From positions 192,741 to 256,740 of the forward strand of contig JBBTQS010000001.1 of assembly GCA_038065555.1 (NCBI GenBank): a stretch of DNA of 64,000 nt, written 5' to 3'. Below the pieces are notes generated by a model, which saw nothing but the letters and a program-made list of their open reading frames with translations, had not been told where the DNA came from and made no database searches. Position 1 is the first letter of the stretch, and every line of letters starts with the position of its first letter. Shown here in pieces: positions 50,434 through 61,321 of this stretch. The stretch is from Patescibacteria group bacterium (GTDB lineage: Bacteria > Patescibacteriota > Patescibacteriia > Magasanikbacterales > JBBTQS01). Position numbers and translations under genes: made by a program.

Positions 50434-50859
50434 TTACTCCCCGATCTTTACGAGCTCGAGATCAAAAATCAAATCCTTGCCTGCAAGATGATGGTTCGCA
50501 TCAATCGTAATCATGTCATCTGCGATTTCCTTCACCGTGACACGCAACACACCGCCTTCTGGGTGCGAGAGCTGGAACTGGTGACCGATCGCAACGTCTG
50601 CTGGGAATTGTGCCTTTGGCAATGTCGCAATCATATCTTCGCGTGCTGCACCATAGGCCTCTGCTGCTGGAATGCGCACTTCACGCTTTTCACCTACTTC
50701 CATGCTCACAATTGCATGTTCAAATCCTGGAATAACCTGGCCAGATCCGATCACAAAAAGCAATGGATCACGCTCACGCGATGAGTCAAAAATCGTACCG
50801 TCATCGAGTCGACCAGTATAGTGTACGTGTACCGAATCTCCTGCTGCTGGTTTTGCCAT
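50434..50859 (-). CDS. FKBP-type peptidyl-prolyl cis-trans isomerase (SlyD-like, with IF insertion)
   Basis: 141 aa; VHYTGRLDDGTIFDSS FKBP core. Confidence 0.8.
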   Translation of the reverse strand: MAKPAAGDSVHVHYTGRLDDGTIFDSSRERDPLLFVIGSGQVIPGFEHAIVSMEVGEKREVRIPAAEAYGAAREDMIATLPKAQFPADVAIGHQFQLSHPEGGVLRVTVKEIADDMITIDANHHLAGKDLIFDLELVKIGE

Positions 50860-50958
50860 AGTTCACAGATTATAAAGTAAGCTCCATGCTACCGCGCCGC
50901 GCGCATGCTGGCAAGTATTGCTCAGTGTTCTCCCAAATGCTACCATGCGTCGCATCCT

Positions 50959-52200
50959 ATGCCTAGAACCATTGCGATCATCGGTGCAGGCGCTGCAGGC
51001 ATGATGGCTGCAGCAACGATTCTCGAATCACATCCCGACCATGTGATTCATTTGTTCGACAAAAATCCGTCACTCGGGCGCAAAGTTGTCATCAGCGGCG
51101 GCGGTCGCTGCAATGTGACCACAGGAATCACCGACCGCAAAGTGCTCATGACCAAATACACGCGCGGTGCGCAATTCTTGTCGCACGCACTCACCGCATT
51201 CACTCCAGCGCGCGTTCGTTCTTGGTTCGAACAGCACGGCGTACCGCTCAAATGCGAAGAGGATCTGCGCGTGTTCCCCGTGTCAGATGATGGCAACGAT
51301 GTAGTGCGTGCATTTGAACGTGTTTTTCGCGCGCATGATGTGCGTACGCATTTGCGCGACAGCGTCACCACTCTCACCCATGATGGAGCGAACTTCGTCG
51401 TCACCGCATCATCAGGAATCTACTCCTGCGATGCCGTCATCGTCACCACAGGCGGCAACGCATATCGCCATACTGGTTCTACTGGAGACGGCTATGATTT
51501 CGCACGCGCATTTGGCCACACCATCACACCACTTGGTCCATCACTCAACAGCTTTGAGACGGCGCAGTCATGGTGCAAGGAATTATCAGGACTGAGTATG
51601 CCTGATGCGCAGTGGAGCGTGACAGTAGATGGCACCAAGCATCGCGTACATGGTCCCATGCTCTTCACACACTTCGGCGTCAGCGGTCCTAGCACGTTCG
51701 CACTCTCGTCACGCATTGCATTTGCGCCTATCAGCAAGCAACAACCACTCACTGTTGCATGGAGTCCCATTGCAGATCGCGATTTCCAATCCTGGGACGA
51801 GCAATTCTTGAGCGCCACACAAGAGAACGGTCGCAAGCACGTGCTCACATTCCTTGCACAAACACTCCCGCGCAGACTCGCAAGTACACTCCTCACACTC
51901 GCAGCTATCCACGAGGACACCACACTCGCCAATCTCACAAAAGAACTTCGCAAACGTCTCATACATCTCCTATCCGGCGAACTCTCTCTGACATTTTTGT
52001 CGCGCCGCGCTGGTGATGAATTTGTCACCGCTGGTGGAGTAGTGCTCGATGAAGTCGACCCTACAACAATGCAATCACGTCTTCGACCAGGGCTCTTCTT
52101 CGCAGGTGAGGTACTCGATGTTGACGGAGTCACCGGTGGATTCAACCTCCAAGCATCCTGGGCCACCGGACGCCTCGCAGGCACGCACGCTGCACAATAA
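50959..52200 (+). CDS. HI0933-family NAD(FAD)-dependent flavoprotein (BaiN/aminoacetone oxidase-like)
   Basis: Start at ATG MPRTIAIIGAGAAG (dinucleotide-binding GxGxxG); VISGGGRCNVTTG signature of the HI0933 family. Confidence 0.75.
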   Translation: MPRTIAIIGAGAAGMMAAATILESHPDHVIHLFDKNPSLGRKVVISGGGRCNVTTGITDRKVLMTKYTRGAQFLSHALTAFTPARVRSWFEQHGVPLKCEEDLRVFPVSDDGNDVVRAFERVFRAHDVRTHLRDSVTTLTHDGANFVVTASSGIYSCDAVIVTTGGNAYRHTGSTGDGYDFARAFGHTITPLGPSLNSFETAQSWCKELSGLSMPDAQWSVTVDGTKHRVHGPMLFTHFGVSGPSTFALSSRIAFAPISKQQPLTVAWSPIADRDFQSWDEQFLSATQENGRKHVLTFLAQTLPRRLASTLLTLAAIHEDTTLANLTKELRKRLIHLLSGELSLTFLSRRAGDEFVTAGGVVLDEVDPTTMQSRLRPGLFFAGEVLDVDGVTGGFNLQASWATGRLAGTHAAQ

Positions 52201-52278
52201 ATAAAAGCGCTGCTCCACTGTTGCGTTGCAACAATAGAACAGCGCAGTTGCGGCACACGTCTCGTGCCGCAGTCTCTC

Positions 52279-53025
52279 TCAGACACTGAGCCACGTCACG
52301 AGCTCTGCTCCGAGTAACCGATCGTTGAGCGCTTCGACGCCCTGACTCACGAGCACCTTGAGCTCATGCAGATCGATGATCACGAGCCCGGTGTTGTCGA
52401 ACTCCTTCGCGATCTGATGAAGGAACTCGAATGCCTCCTTACCACGACGCACCGCGATGAAGAGGAAGTAGATCTGCTCACCTCGTTGTTGTGCATCTCG
52501 AAGCGTCATACGCGTTGCAACCTTGTCGTTGTTGACCCCGTCGGTGACAACAAGCGCCAGAGCCGGATACTTGGGTGGTGCGATCGTCAGAAAATGCTCA
52601 CACAGCTTCGGCCCGTTCCACTGCTTTGGTTCAGGGACCTGACCGAAGATCTTGCGAAGATGAGACAGGACTGGTGCGAAGTCTGTCCCTCCTCCATACC
52701 CTTGGCAGTTGATGATGTGCCTTTTGACGTAACCATCGCTACTGGCCACGGTGAGCGGGTGCGTTTTGTGATGCACCATGTTGCGTTCTTCGTTGCTGAA
52801 TGTGCACACGTCCATCTTGTGATCTGGATCGAACACCTCGCCCCACGGAACCAGCGCGTCCACGAGGAGTTGCGTTGTTCCATCCTGATGTTCGTCCATG
52901 TAGCTGCGGGAGACATCGAGCGCGAACCCAATCTCCATCGGCTTGATCTTCTTCACTCCTTTTTTGATCAGCGAGAGCTGCAGCTTCTGGCCTGCCTCAG
53001 ACAATTGTTGCATCGTCATGATCAC
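52279..53025 (-). CDS. von Willebrand factor A domain protein with intact MIDAS (TerY/TerF-C-like vWA)
   Basis: 248 aa; MIDAS residues D-x-S-x-S (ALDVSRS), T (GGGTDFAPV), D (VVTDG). Confidence 0.55.
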   Translation of the reverse strand: MIMTMQQLSEAGQKLQLSLIKKGVKKIKPMEIGFALDVSRSYMDEHQDGTTQLLVDALVPWGEVFDPDHKMDVCTFSNEERNMVHHKTHPLTVASSDGYVKRHIINCQGYGGGTDFAPVLSHLRKIFGQVPEPKQWNGPKLCEHFLTIAPPKYPALALVVTDGVNNDKVATRMTLRDAQQRGEQIYFLFIAVRRGKEAFEFLHQIAKEFDNTGLVIIDLHELKVLVSQGVEALNDRLLGAELVTWLSV

Positions 53026-53166
53026 CTCCTTGCGCTTCGCGCATGCTCGTGCACACGTATGTGCAACGATAGAATATACACGACGTATCTCTGTGTGTCA
53101 ATAAGAAAACGCCGCTCCCACAGATGTGTAGAGCGGCGTCATGATCGCATCGCGTTCGCGAATTGA

Positions 53167-53667
53167 TCAGGCAGCCAGCGCCGTTGGCGGCTGGCTCAGT
53201 GCAGTCTCGTCCCTGATGAATGCGGACGGGCGAAGCACCACGATGTTGACGACGAGAGGAGCCTCACCCAGCGACCCAACAATGCTGACGTTGTCGAAGT
53301 GAACACCATCTGCATTGATCCTTGCGCGCTTGAAGTGCTGTTCCGTAATTGCTTCATCACAGATCAGCCGCATCGCATGTCTGATGCTGAGCTCGATGCT
53401 CTTCACACCAGGGCGGAGGGTAGTGGCCTTACGCACCTCTTTTCCAGTCTCAGGGAGATGGCGTGGCTCCAGACTTTCGAAGCCTGTCATTCCCACTGGT
53501 TTACGCACCTCCCACTCTGGGAAGCCACGCCGAACCCTGTGCCAGATCACCCATCCGAAAAGGTGAATCTCGATCACTTCTCGATACTCACCCCACCCAG
53601 CAACAGGAGGTTTCGGAATTTCCTCGCGCTTCTCCCGTTTCTCATCACGACGCATCAGTTCCCCCAT
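53167..53667 (-). CDS. Hypothetical protein (basic/charged N-terminus)
   Basis: 166 aa; GC-rich coding with high GC3; no family recognised. Confidence 0.4.
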   Translation of the reverse strand: MGELMRRDEKREKREEIPKPPVAGWGEYREVIEIHLFGWVIWHRVRRGFPEWEVRKPVGMTGFESLEPRHLPETGKEVRKATTLRPGVKSIELSIRHAMRLICDEAITEQHFKRARINADGVHFDNVSIVGSLGEAPLVVNIVVLRPSAFIRDETALSQPPTALAA

Positions 53668-53739
53668 GGTGTGGTGTCACGACTGCGCACCACTGTCGTT
53701 CCCTGCCAGACTACACCGTCGAACTGTCCAGCGTCAACA

Positions 53740-54219
53740 TTACACTTTGGGCTTGCGAGCGACGTATCCGCGATCCGATCGCTGGAACTCCGAGATGATC
53801 CGCACTGGCAGCGGAATCACGTTGCCCGACAGCAGGAAATCGATCTGATCGATCACGACGTCGTTGCCCACGTCACGCGCCGTCTCGAACGTCGCCTGCG
53901 TGATGAAGTTGCGTGGCACCCCTTCGGCGATCATGCGCAGCGCCTCGAGAGGCGACAGCACAACGTGCGCGATGAGGCTAATGTCCCAGTCATGCTCCTG
54001 CAGGAACGGGGCAAGGATGTGGTAGTCCACATCCTGCACGAACTTGCGGTCGACCACCGTGATGAGGCGTGGGTCGTACACCCAACTACCGACTTCGGGG
54101 TCCGTGAGCTCGAGGTACGGGCCCGGGAACATCCCCTCACGCACGTCCACGATCTTGCCGCTGCGGTCGAAGACCTGCCACTCTTTGTCACTCACCCACT
54201 TGAAGTTGTTCGATGGCAT
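53740..54219 (-). CDS. Hypothetical protein
   Basis: About 159 aa from internal Met (MPSNNFKW); very GC-rich (GC3-biased) relative to flanks. Confidence 0.4.
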   Translation of the reverse strand: MPSNNFKWVSDKEWQVFDRSGKIVDVREGMFPGPYLELTDPEVGSWVYDPRLITVVDRKFVQDVDYHILAPFLQEHDWDISLIAHVVLSPLEALRMIAEGVPRNFITQATFETARDVGNDVVIDQIDFLLSGNVIPLPVRIISEFQRSDRGYVARKPKV

Positions 54220-54301
54220 GATGCCCTCCGATTGTGTTCTGCAACGCACTTCGCGTGCAGGGAATGAGTGTAAGCACATTTGGTGGTTTTGTCAAGTTGA
54301 G

Positions 54302-54330
54302 GAATACAAAACACGCCCCGTATTGGGCGT
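54302..54330 (-). terminator. Rho-independent terminator immediately after tRNA-Ser
   Basis: Minus strand CACGCCC-AATACG-GGGCGTG followed by TTTTGTATT; coordinates approximate. Confidence 0.55.
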
Positions 54331-54339
54331 GTTCGTGCT

Positions 54340-54426
54340 GCGGAGGATGAGGGATTCGAACCCTCGATGACCTTTCGGTCAAACCAACTTTCCAGGCTGG
54401 CGCCATAGACCACTAGGCGAATCCTC
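54340..54426 (-). tRNA. tRNA-Ser (anticodon GGA), type II with long variable arm
   Basis: Minus strand GGAGGAT-TC-GCC-TAGTGGTCTAT-GGC-G-CCAGC-CTGGAAA-GTTGG-TTTGACCGAAAGGTCATC-GAGGG-TTCGAAT-CCCTC-ATCCTCC-G; CCA not encoded; coordinates approximate. Confidence 0.8.
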
Positions 54427-54434
54427 CAGCGTTG

Positions 54435-55217
54435 CTACTTTTTGCGAACTTGGGTTCCTTTCTTATACCAGAAGACCCCGACCAACACAAGAGCTGCGAT
54501 CGTTCCATATTGTGCAGGCGTGAGCCCTGCATACCGCACATCAGCTCCAGCAATATCAGTCGCCCGCAGGAAGTCCAAGAAGAACCTCGCTACCGCGTAC
54601 ACTGCGACCACAACCAGCATATGCCACCCACGCAGCCATCCCTGTGCGCGCAGGAACACGACGATCACTGCGATGCCCGCAGCAACAATCGCATCATAGA
54701 GTCCTAGGTCGTGCCTGCCCCACCCAGCGTCACCCCAATCCCCAGGTTCGCGCACGGCAAGTGCAAAATGCGTCAGCGTTCCTGGATGATCATGGATGAG
54801 AAAACATCCAATGCGTCCAACCATCCAACCCAGTGGCAACGCCAGGGCTCCTGCTTCGGCAAATGCATGCACATCCACGCGCGCTCTGCGCAATCTCCAT
54901 ATCCCGTAGCCCGCAGCTACAACAAATCCACCAAGGGACGACATGCCACCATGCCACACACGCAACACTTCAAGTGGATCAACGAGATACTGCGCAGGCT
55001 CATAGAACAATACATGTCCTAATCGTGCACCGACAAACCCTGCGATAATGATCGCAATTGCATGATCCACCCATGATGACGCATCTTTGCCCAGACGCTT
55101 TGCATCCCACCGTAATACGAGAAGTGACACAACGACACCCAGTGCAACGAGCAGTCCCCACACATGCAACGTCAGTGGCCCCAACGCAATCGTGTGCCAC
55201 GCAAAGTACGGAATCAT
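54435..55217 (-). CDS. lgt: Prolipoprotein diacylglyceryl transferase
   Basis: 260 aa; Lgt signature GRIGCFLIHDHPG and conserved His/Arg/Tyr positions, 7 TM. Confidence 0.85.
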   Translation of the reverse strand: MIPYFAWHTIALGPLTLHVWGLLVALGVVVSLLVLRWDAKRLGKDASSWVDHAIAIIIAGFVGARLGHVLFYEPAQYLVDPLEVLRVWHGGMSSLGGFVVAAGYGIWRLRRARVDVHAFAEAGALALPLGWMVGRIGCFLIHDHPGTLTHFALAVREPGDWGDAGWGRHDLGLYDAIVAAGIAVIVVFLRAQGWLRGWHMLVVVAVYAVARFFLDFLRATDIAGADVRYAGLTPAQYGTIAALVLVGVFWYKKGTQVRKK

Positions 55218-56605
55218 ACCTTCTTCGTCTTTGGTTTTTTCACTGTCTTTTTTGCAAGTGCAGCAAACACTTCTTCTACCGTGTCTACGACAGTAATCAA
55301 CTTGAGATCAGACACAGAAATCGTCTGGAATTTCTCTGCGAGCACATCGCGCATGAACGCCACCATTGGACCCCAATATGCCGTGTCATAGAGAATAATA
55401 GGAACGCGCGCCATTTTGTTGTTCTGTTGCAACGTGAGGAGCTCGAACAACTCATGCAGCGTTCCAAGCGCACCAGGGAAGAAAACAAATGCTTGACTAG
55501 GCGCCGTCAGAATCACCTTGCGAGTAAATGGGAATTCGAAGCTCACACTCTTGTGAATATACTGATTCACACGCTCCTCGCCGTTGAATTTGATTGTGAT
55601 CCCCACAGGATTACCACCCACATCTCGAGAACCCTTGCTCACTGCTTCCATGACTCCCATCCCTCCCGTGCTCACCACTGTATATTTTTTGGACGACAAC
55701 TCCCGACCGAGATGATACGCAGCTTCGTAGTACGGAGATGCGGTAGACACTTCCCCACTTCCGAGCACTGTTACATCATTGGAGAGTGTGGTGAGGAACT
55801 CGAACCCGTCCACAAGTTCTGCCATGATCCGGAAAATGCGCCAGTTAATATTGCTCCCGCAATCAAAGAGGTTGTGTGACAGCTCGCAAAGCGGCGCACT
55901 TACATTCTGCTTCTTGATAATCTCAATCGCTTCCTTTGCACTATCCACTACTTGCAGCTGTGCCAGAATCTTGGGCGTTATTGCATGGATCTTGCCCTTC
56001 GCTTGTTGCGTAAGAAACCGAACAATTGGTTCCCAATACTCACGACCAATGAGAATCAGCGGTGCAGCTGGCATCTTGCCAATGTTCATGTTGTCATACG
56101 CCTCGAACAACTCATCGAGCGTACCGAACCCTCCCGGGAAATACACAAATGCGCGTGACGGTGCTGTGAGCATCACCTTGCGCGTGAAGAAATAATGAAA
56201 CGCCGTGGACTTGCCCACGTACGGATTGATGCGCTGCTCGTGCGGCAACTCAATGTTGAGTCCCACTGATTCACCACGGGCCTCTTTTGCTCCGCGATTG
56301 GCAGCTTCCATAATACCGGGACCACCACCTGTCACCGTTACAAATTTGTTCTTGGCAAGGAGCTTGCCCAGCTCTCGTGCTTCACGATACCAGCGATGAT
56401 GTGGATCGTGGAGTCGTGCAGAACCAAGTACTGTGACCGCACGATCAAACGAGTTCAAGAACTGATACCCTTCAATGAACTCGGACATGATACGGAATAT
56501 CCGCCACGTATCTCGGTATTGCGAGAAGGGATGCTGATACGCAAAAGACAACGCATCTTGTGGCGGTGGCAACGGCGGGAGGGAAGGAGCTGATTTGCGG
56601 GGCAT
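55214..56605 (-). CDS. Tandem-duplicated LOG-family (TIGR00730 Rossmann-fold, lysine-decarboxylase-like) protein
   Basis: 463 aa containing two complete LOG domains each with GGGxGxMEA and PGGxGTxxE motifs (TVTGGGPGIMEA...FPGGFGTLDELFE and VVSTGGMGVMEA...FPGALGTLHELFE). Confidence 0.7.
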   Translation of the reverse strand: MPRKSAPSLPPLPPPQDALSFAYQHPFSQYRDTWRIFRIMSEFIEGYQFLNSFDRAVTVLGSARLHDPHHRWYREARELGKLLAKNKFVTVTGGGPGIMEAANRGAKEARGESVGLNIELPHEQRINPYVGKSTAFHYFFTRKVMLTAPSRAFVYFPGGFGTLDELFEAYDNMNIGKMPAAPLILIGREYWEPIVRFLTQQAKGKIHAITPKILAQLQVVDSAKEAIEIIKKQNVSAPLCELSHNLFDCGSNINWRIFRIMAELVDGFEFLTTLSNDVTVLGSGEVSTASPYYEAAYHLGRELSSKKYTVVSTGGMGVMEAVSKGSRDVGGNPVGITIKFNGEERVNQYIHKSVSFEFPFTRKVILTAPSQAFVFFPGALGTLHELFELLTLQQNNKMARVPIILYDTAYWGPMVAFMRDVLAEKFQTISVSDLKLITVVDTVEEVFAALAKKTVKKPKTKKV

Positions 56606-56611
56606 AAGAAC

Positions 56612-58054
56612 TTAGTCGAGATTCGGAACACGCGTGTGCCAATCAGTCACGCGCTGATACTGATGGCCCAATTGTAATACTCGCGACTCTGCCATACGCG
56701 GCCCAATGAGCTGCATACCAATAGGCAACCCATCACGATCGAATCCGCAAGGAACCGACAGCGCAGGAACACCAGCCAACGACGAAGGAGCAACAAAAAT
56801 ATCTGCGAGATAGAGCTGGAGCGGATCTGCAGCCTTCTCTCCAATCTTGAAAGCCGTAATCGGTGCCGTTGGTGTGAGAATCATGTCTACAGATTTCCAC
56901 GCGTGCGTGAAGTCTTCGATAATGCGTGTGCGCACTTGTTGCGCCTTGCGATAGTACGCTTCGTAATGTCCCGCAGATAAAGCATAGGTTCCAATCATGA
57001 TGCGACGCTTCACCTCATCCGGGAATCCTGCGTTACGCGCGCTAATATAGGTATCATTGAGCGATCCAGTTCCACGTGTGCCATAACGCATCCCATCGAG
57101 TCTCGCGAGGTTGCTGCTATCTTCACATGGCACCAACACATAGTACGTCGCGATGGCGTAGTTGGTATGCGGCAACGAAATTTCGTGCACTGTACAGCCG
57201 AGTTGCTCCATTTCTTTGATCGCACCTTGCACCGCTGCTGCAACATCAGGCGCAATACCATCACCGAAGTACTCCTTCGGAATACCAATACGCATTCCAG
57301 CAACAGGTCCATCGAGTTCCTTCGCATACGCAGGAACAACATCAGGCACAGATGTTGCATCGTGTGGATCCAGTCCCGCCATTGTCTCCATGAGAATCGC
57401 GATATCCTCAACCGTGTGCGCCATCGGCCCAACTACATCGAGCGATGACGCCATCGGCATAATGCCGTAGCGCGAATTGCGACCATAGCTTGGACGAAAT
57501 CCGACAATGCCGCTGAGCGACGCTGGATAGCGAATCGATCCACCCGTGTCCTCTGCAATCGCGTAGACGCACAAATCCGCAGCAACTGCTGCTGCAGAAC
57601 CACCAGAGCTTCCACCAGGAACGCGTGTGAGGTCCCACGGATTCTTCACAGGCCCAAAATGCGAATTTTCGTTACTTGCCCCGTGACCAAATCCATCGCA
57701 ATTATGTTTGCTCACTAGTACTCCATGACGCCCACGCAATCGCGCAATAACTGTGGCGTCATACGGAGCAACATATGAGTCGAGCATGTGCGCAGAACCA
57801 GTGCTCAGAATATCTCGCGTACAAATCGCATCTTTCACACCAAATGGTACACCGGTGAGCGGATGCGCATCCCCGCTAGCGATCGCCGCATCAGCCGCAC
57901 GCGCCATTGCAAGCGCCGCCTCATCAGCAACCGTAATATTTGCATTGAGTACTGGCCCGAGCTTCGCGTTACGCGCCAAATACTCTGTCGTGAGTTCGAC
58001 AGAGGAAATTTTTTTGTCCTGCAAGAGTTGGCTTACTTCTCGGATCGTTCGCAT
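56612..58054 (-). CDS. gatA: Glutamyl/aspartyl-tRNA amidotransferase subunit A
   Basis: 480 aa; amidase signature GGSSGGSAAAVAA, catalytic Ser/Lys context. Confidence 0.9.
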   Translation of the reverse strand: MRTIREVSQLLQDKKISSVELTTEYLARNAKLGPVLNANITVADEAALAMARAADAAIASGDAHPLTGVPFGVKDAICTRDILSTGSAHMLDSYVAPYDATVIARLRGRHGVLVSKHNCDGFGHGASNENSHFGPVKNPWDLTRVPGGSSGGSAAAVAADLCVYAIAEDTGGSIRYPASLSGIVGFRPSYGRNSRYGIMPMASSLDVVGPMAHTVEDIAILMETMAGLDPHDATSVPDVVPAYAKELDGPVAGMRIGIPKEYFGDGIAPDVAAAVQGAIKEMEQLGCTVHEISLPHTNYAIATYYVLVPCEDSSNLARLDGMRYGTRGTGSLNDTYISARNAGFPDEVKRRIMIGTYALSAGHYEAYYRKAQQVRTRIIEDFTHAWKSVDMILTPTAPITAFKIGEKAADPLQLYLADIFVAPSSLAGVPALSVPCGFDRDGLPIGMQLIGPRMAESRVLQLGHQYQRVTDWHTRVPNLD

Positions 58055-58056
58055 AC

Positions 58057-58347
58057 TTACAAAACAGGTGGCACAACAAGCGCATCTCCTGCACGCTCTG
58101 GGAAGAGCGCGATGAGTGCCGCACGCGTTGTTGCGTCGGTTTCTACAACTCGGTCGGGGCGCAAGACATCAGCAAGTCCGGAGACTTGGCCTGTTGGCTC
58201 AACCCCCTCAGTATCCACTTCATTGAGCACTTCCATATACGCAAAAACTCCCGCAAGCTGCTCGCGGTATTTCTCGACTTCTGCGTCCGTGAGCGACAAC
58301 CGCGCAAGCGCAGCGATCGAACGGATGTGATCAGGCGTCAATTCCAT
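58057..58347 (-). CDS. gatC: Glutamyl/aspartyl-tRNA amidotransferase subunit C
   Basis: About 96 aa from ATG MELTPDHIRSIAALARLSLTDAEVEKY, classic GatC N-terminus. Confidence 0.8.
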   Translation of the reverse strand: MELTPDHIRSIAALARLSLTDAEVEKYREQLAGVFAYMEVLNEVDTEGVEPTGQVSGLADVLRPDRVVETDATTRAALIALFPERAGDALVVPPVL

Positions 58348-58413
58348 GGCTCCAGTGTAGCACAGGAATCCCGTTGACAAAAGAGCCAGAACGAAGAATT
58401 ATGCAGAGCAAAT

Positions 58414-60438
<2,025 letters not shown>

Positions 60439-60446
60439 TTAGCGCA

Positions 60447-60914
60447 TCACTGTACCGTGCCTGCTGGCGTAATGGTGACCACACCAGAGATCCCATTGAC
60501 CTCACCTTCGAGCTCTGCACGCACCGTATACGACGTGTATGGCTCCTTGGATTCATACTGATACTCACGCGTGCCTGTTGGCGCCATTGGAATGCGCATC
60601 TTGAGATCTTGATTAGTACACTGTGTCGCCTCCTTTGCAAATCCATCTTCGCCATCGTCACAAATATAGAGTACTTCACCAGAACCGATCGTAATCGGCG
60701 CATCGGCGTGTGGATATTCCTTCTTCTTATTGAAGTACAACTCCAGGCCCGCGTGCACTACCTGCAAATCTGCAAGTCGCGCCTTGTCGCGAGATGTTTC
60801 GCGCGCCATTCCGAGTGCAACCACTGCCAGAGTGCTCAGCACGCCGATAATTGCCACAACCACGAGCAGTTCAATCAATGTAAACCCTTGTTGATTTCGC
60901 ATACGCATATCCAT
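60447..60914 (-). CDS. Type IV pilin / pseudopilin with prepilin N-terminal methylation motif
   Basis: GFTLIELLVVVAIIGVL class III signal peptide; C-terminal Cys pair region. Confidence 0.75.
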   Translation of the reverse strand: MDMRMRNQQGFTLIELLVVVAIIGVLSTLAVVALGMARETSRDKARLADLQVVHAGLELYFNKKKEYPHADAPITIGSGEVLYICDDGEDGFAKEATQCTNQDLKMRIPMAPTGTREYQYESKEPYTSYTVRAELEGEVNGISGVVTITPAGTVQ

Positions 60915-61312
60915 TAAAGAAATTTTCGCAGAAATGACACGACGCCATCTGGCGTGCAGTGAGTAGTAATCATAATCGCATCCGCTCCCGCTGCGGTGAG
61001 CTCCTGCACGTCTGCTGGTGACGCACCTGGCGTTGTCACCACAGCAGCTGCACCATGAGACTTAATAGCAGCTATGGCTGTTGCAACATTGAGACTCATA
61101 TCAGCGACCACGAGTCGATACTGACGACGACTGAGCTGCTCGTGCATTCGCCGCACCGTAAGTACTGTATCAACCGTCACACCAAACACTTCAGTGAGTC
61201 GACGTTTGAACAATGCTGCAAGCATGGCGTCAGGCTCTACCAACAACACACGGCGAGATGCCGGTGGTTCTGCACTGACTGGAGCCTTGGAAATACGTGG
61301 TTGCCGGGGCAT
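60914..61312 (-). CDS. Stand-alone CheY-like receiver domain protein (PilH-like)
   Basis: 132 aa; acidic pocket LLVEPD, phospho-acceptor context LVVADMSL, conserved Thr (VVTT). Confidence 0.5.
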   Translation of the reverse strand: MPRQPRISKAPVSAEPPASRRVLLVEPDAMLAALFKRRLTEVFGVTVDTVLTVRRMHEQLSRRQYRLVVADMSLNVATAIAAIKSHGAAAVVTTPGASPADVQELTAAGADAIMITTHCTPDGVVSFLRKFL

Positions 61313-61321
61313 ACCACTCCA

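Noticed and set aside
53299-54267. 322-aa plus-strand ORF across the tRNA-Ser-proximal cluster
   Set aside because: Antisense to two GC3-biased minus-strand ORFs; its sequence is Arg/His/Leu-rich junk typical of reverse frames in GC-rich DNA. Kept the minus-strand genes but flagged uncertainty.
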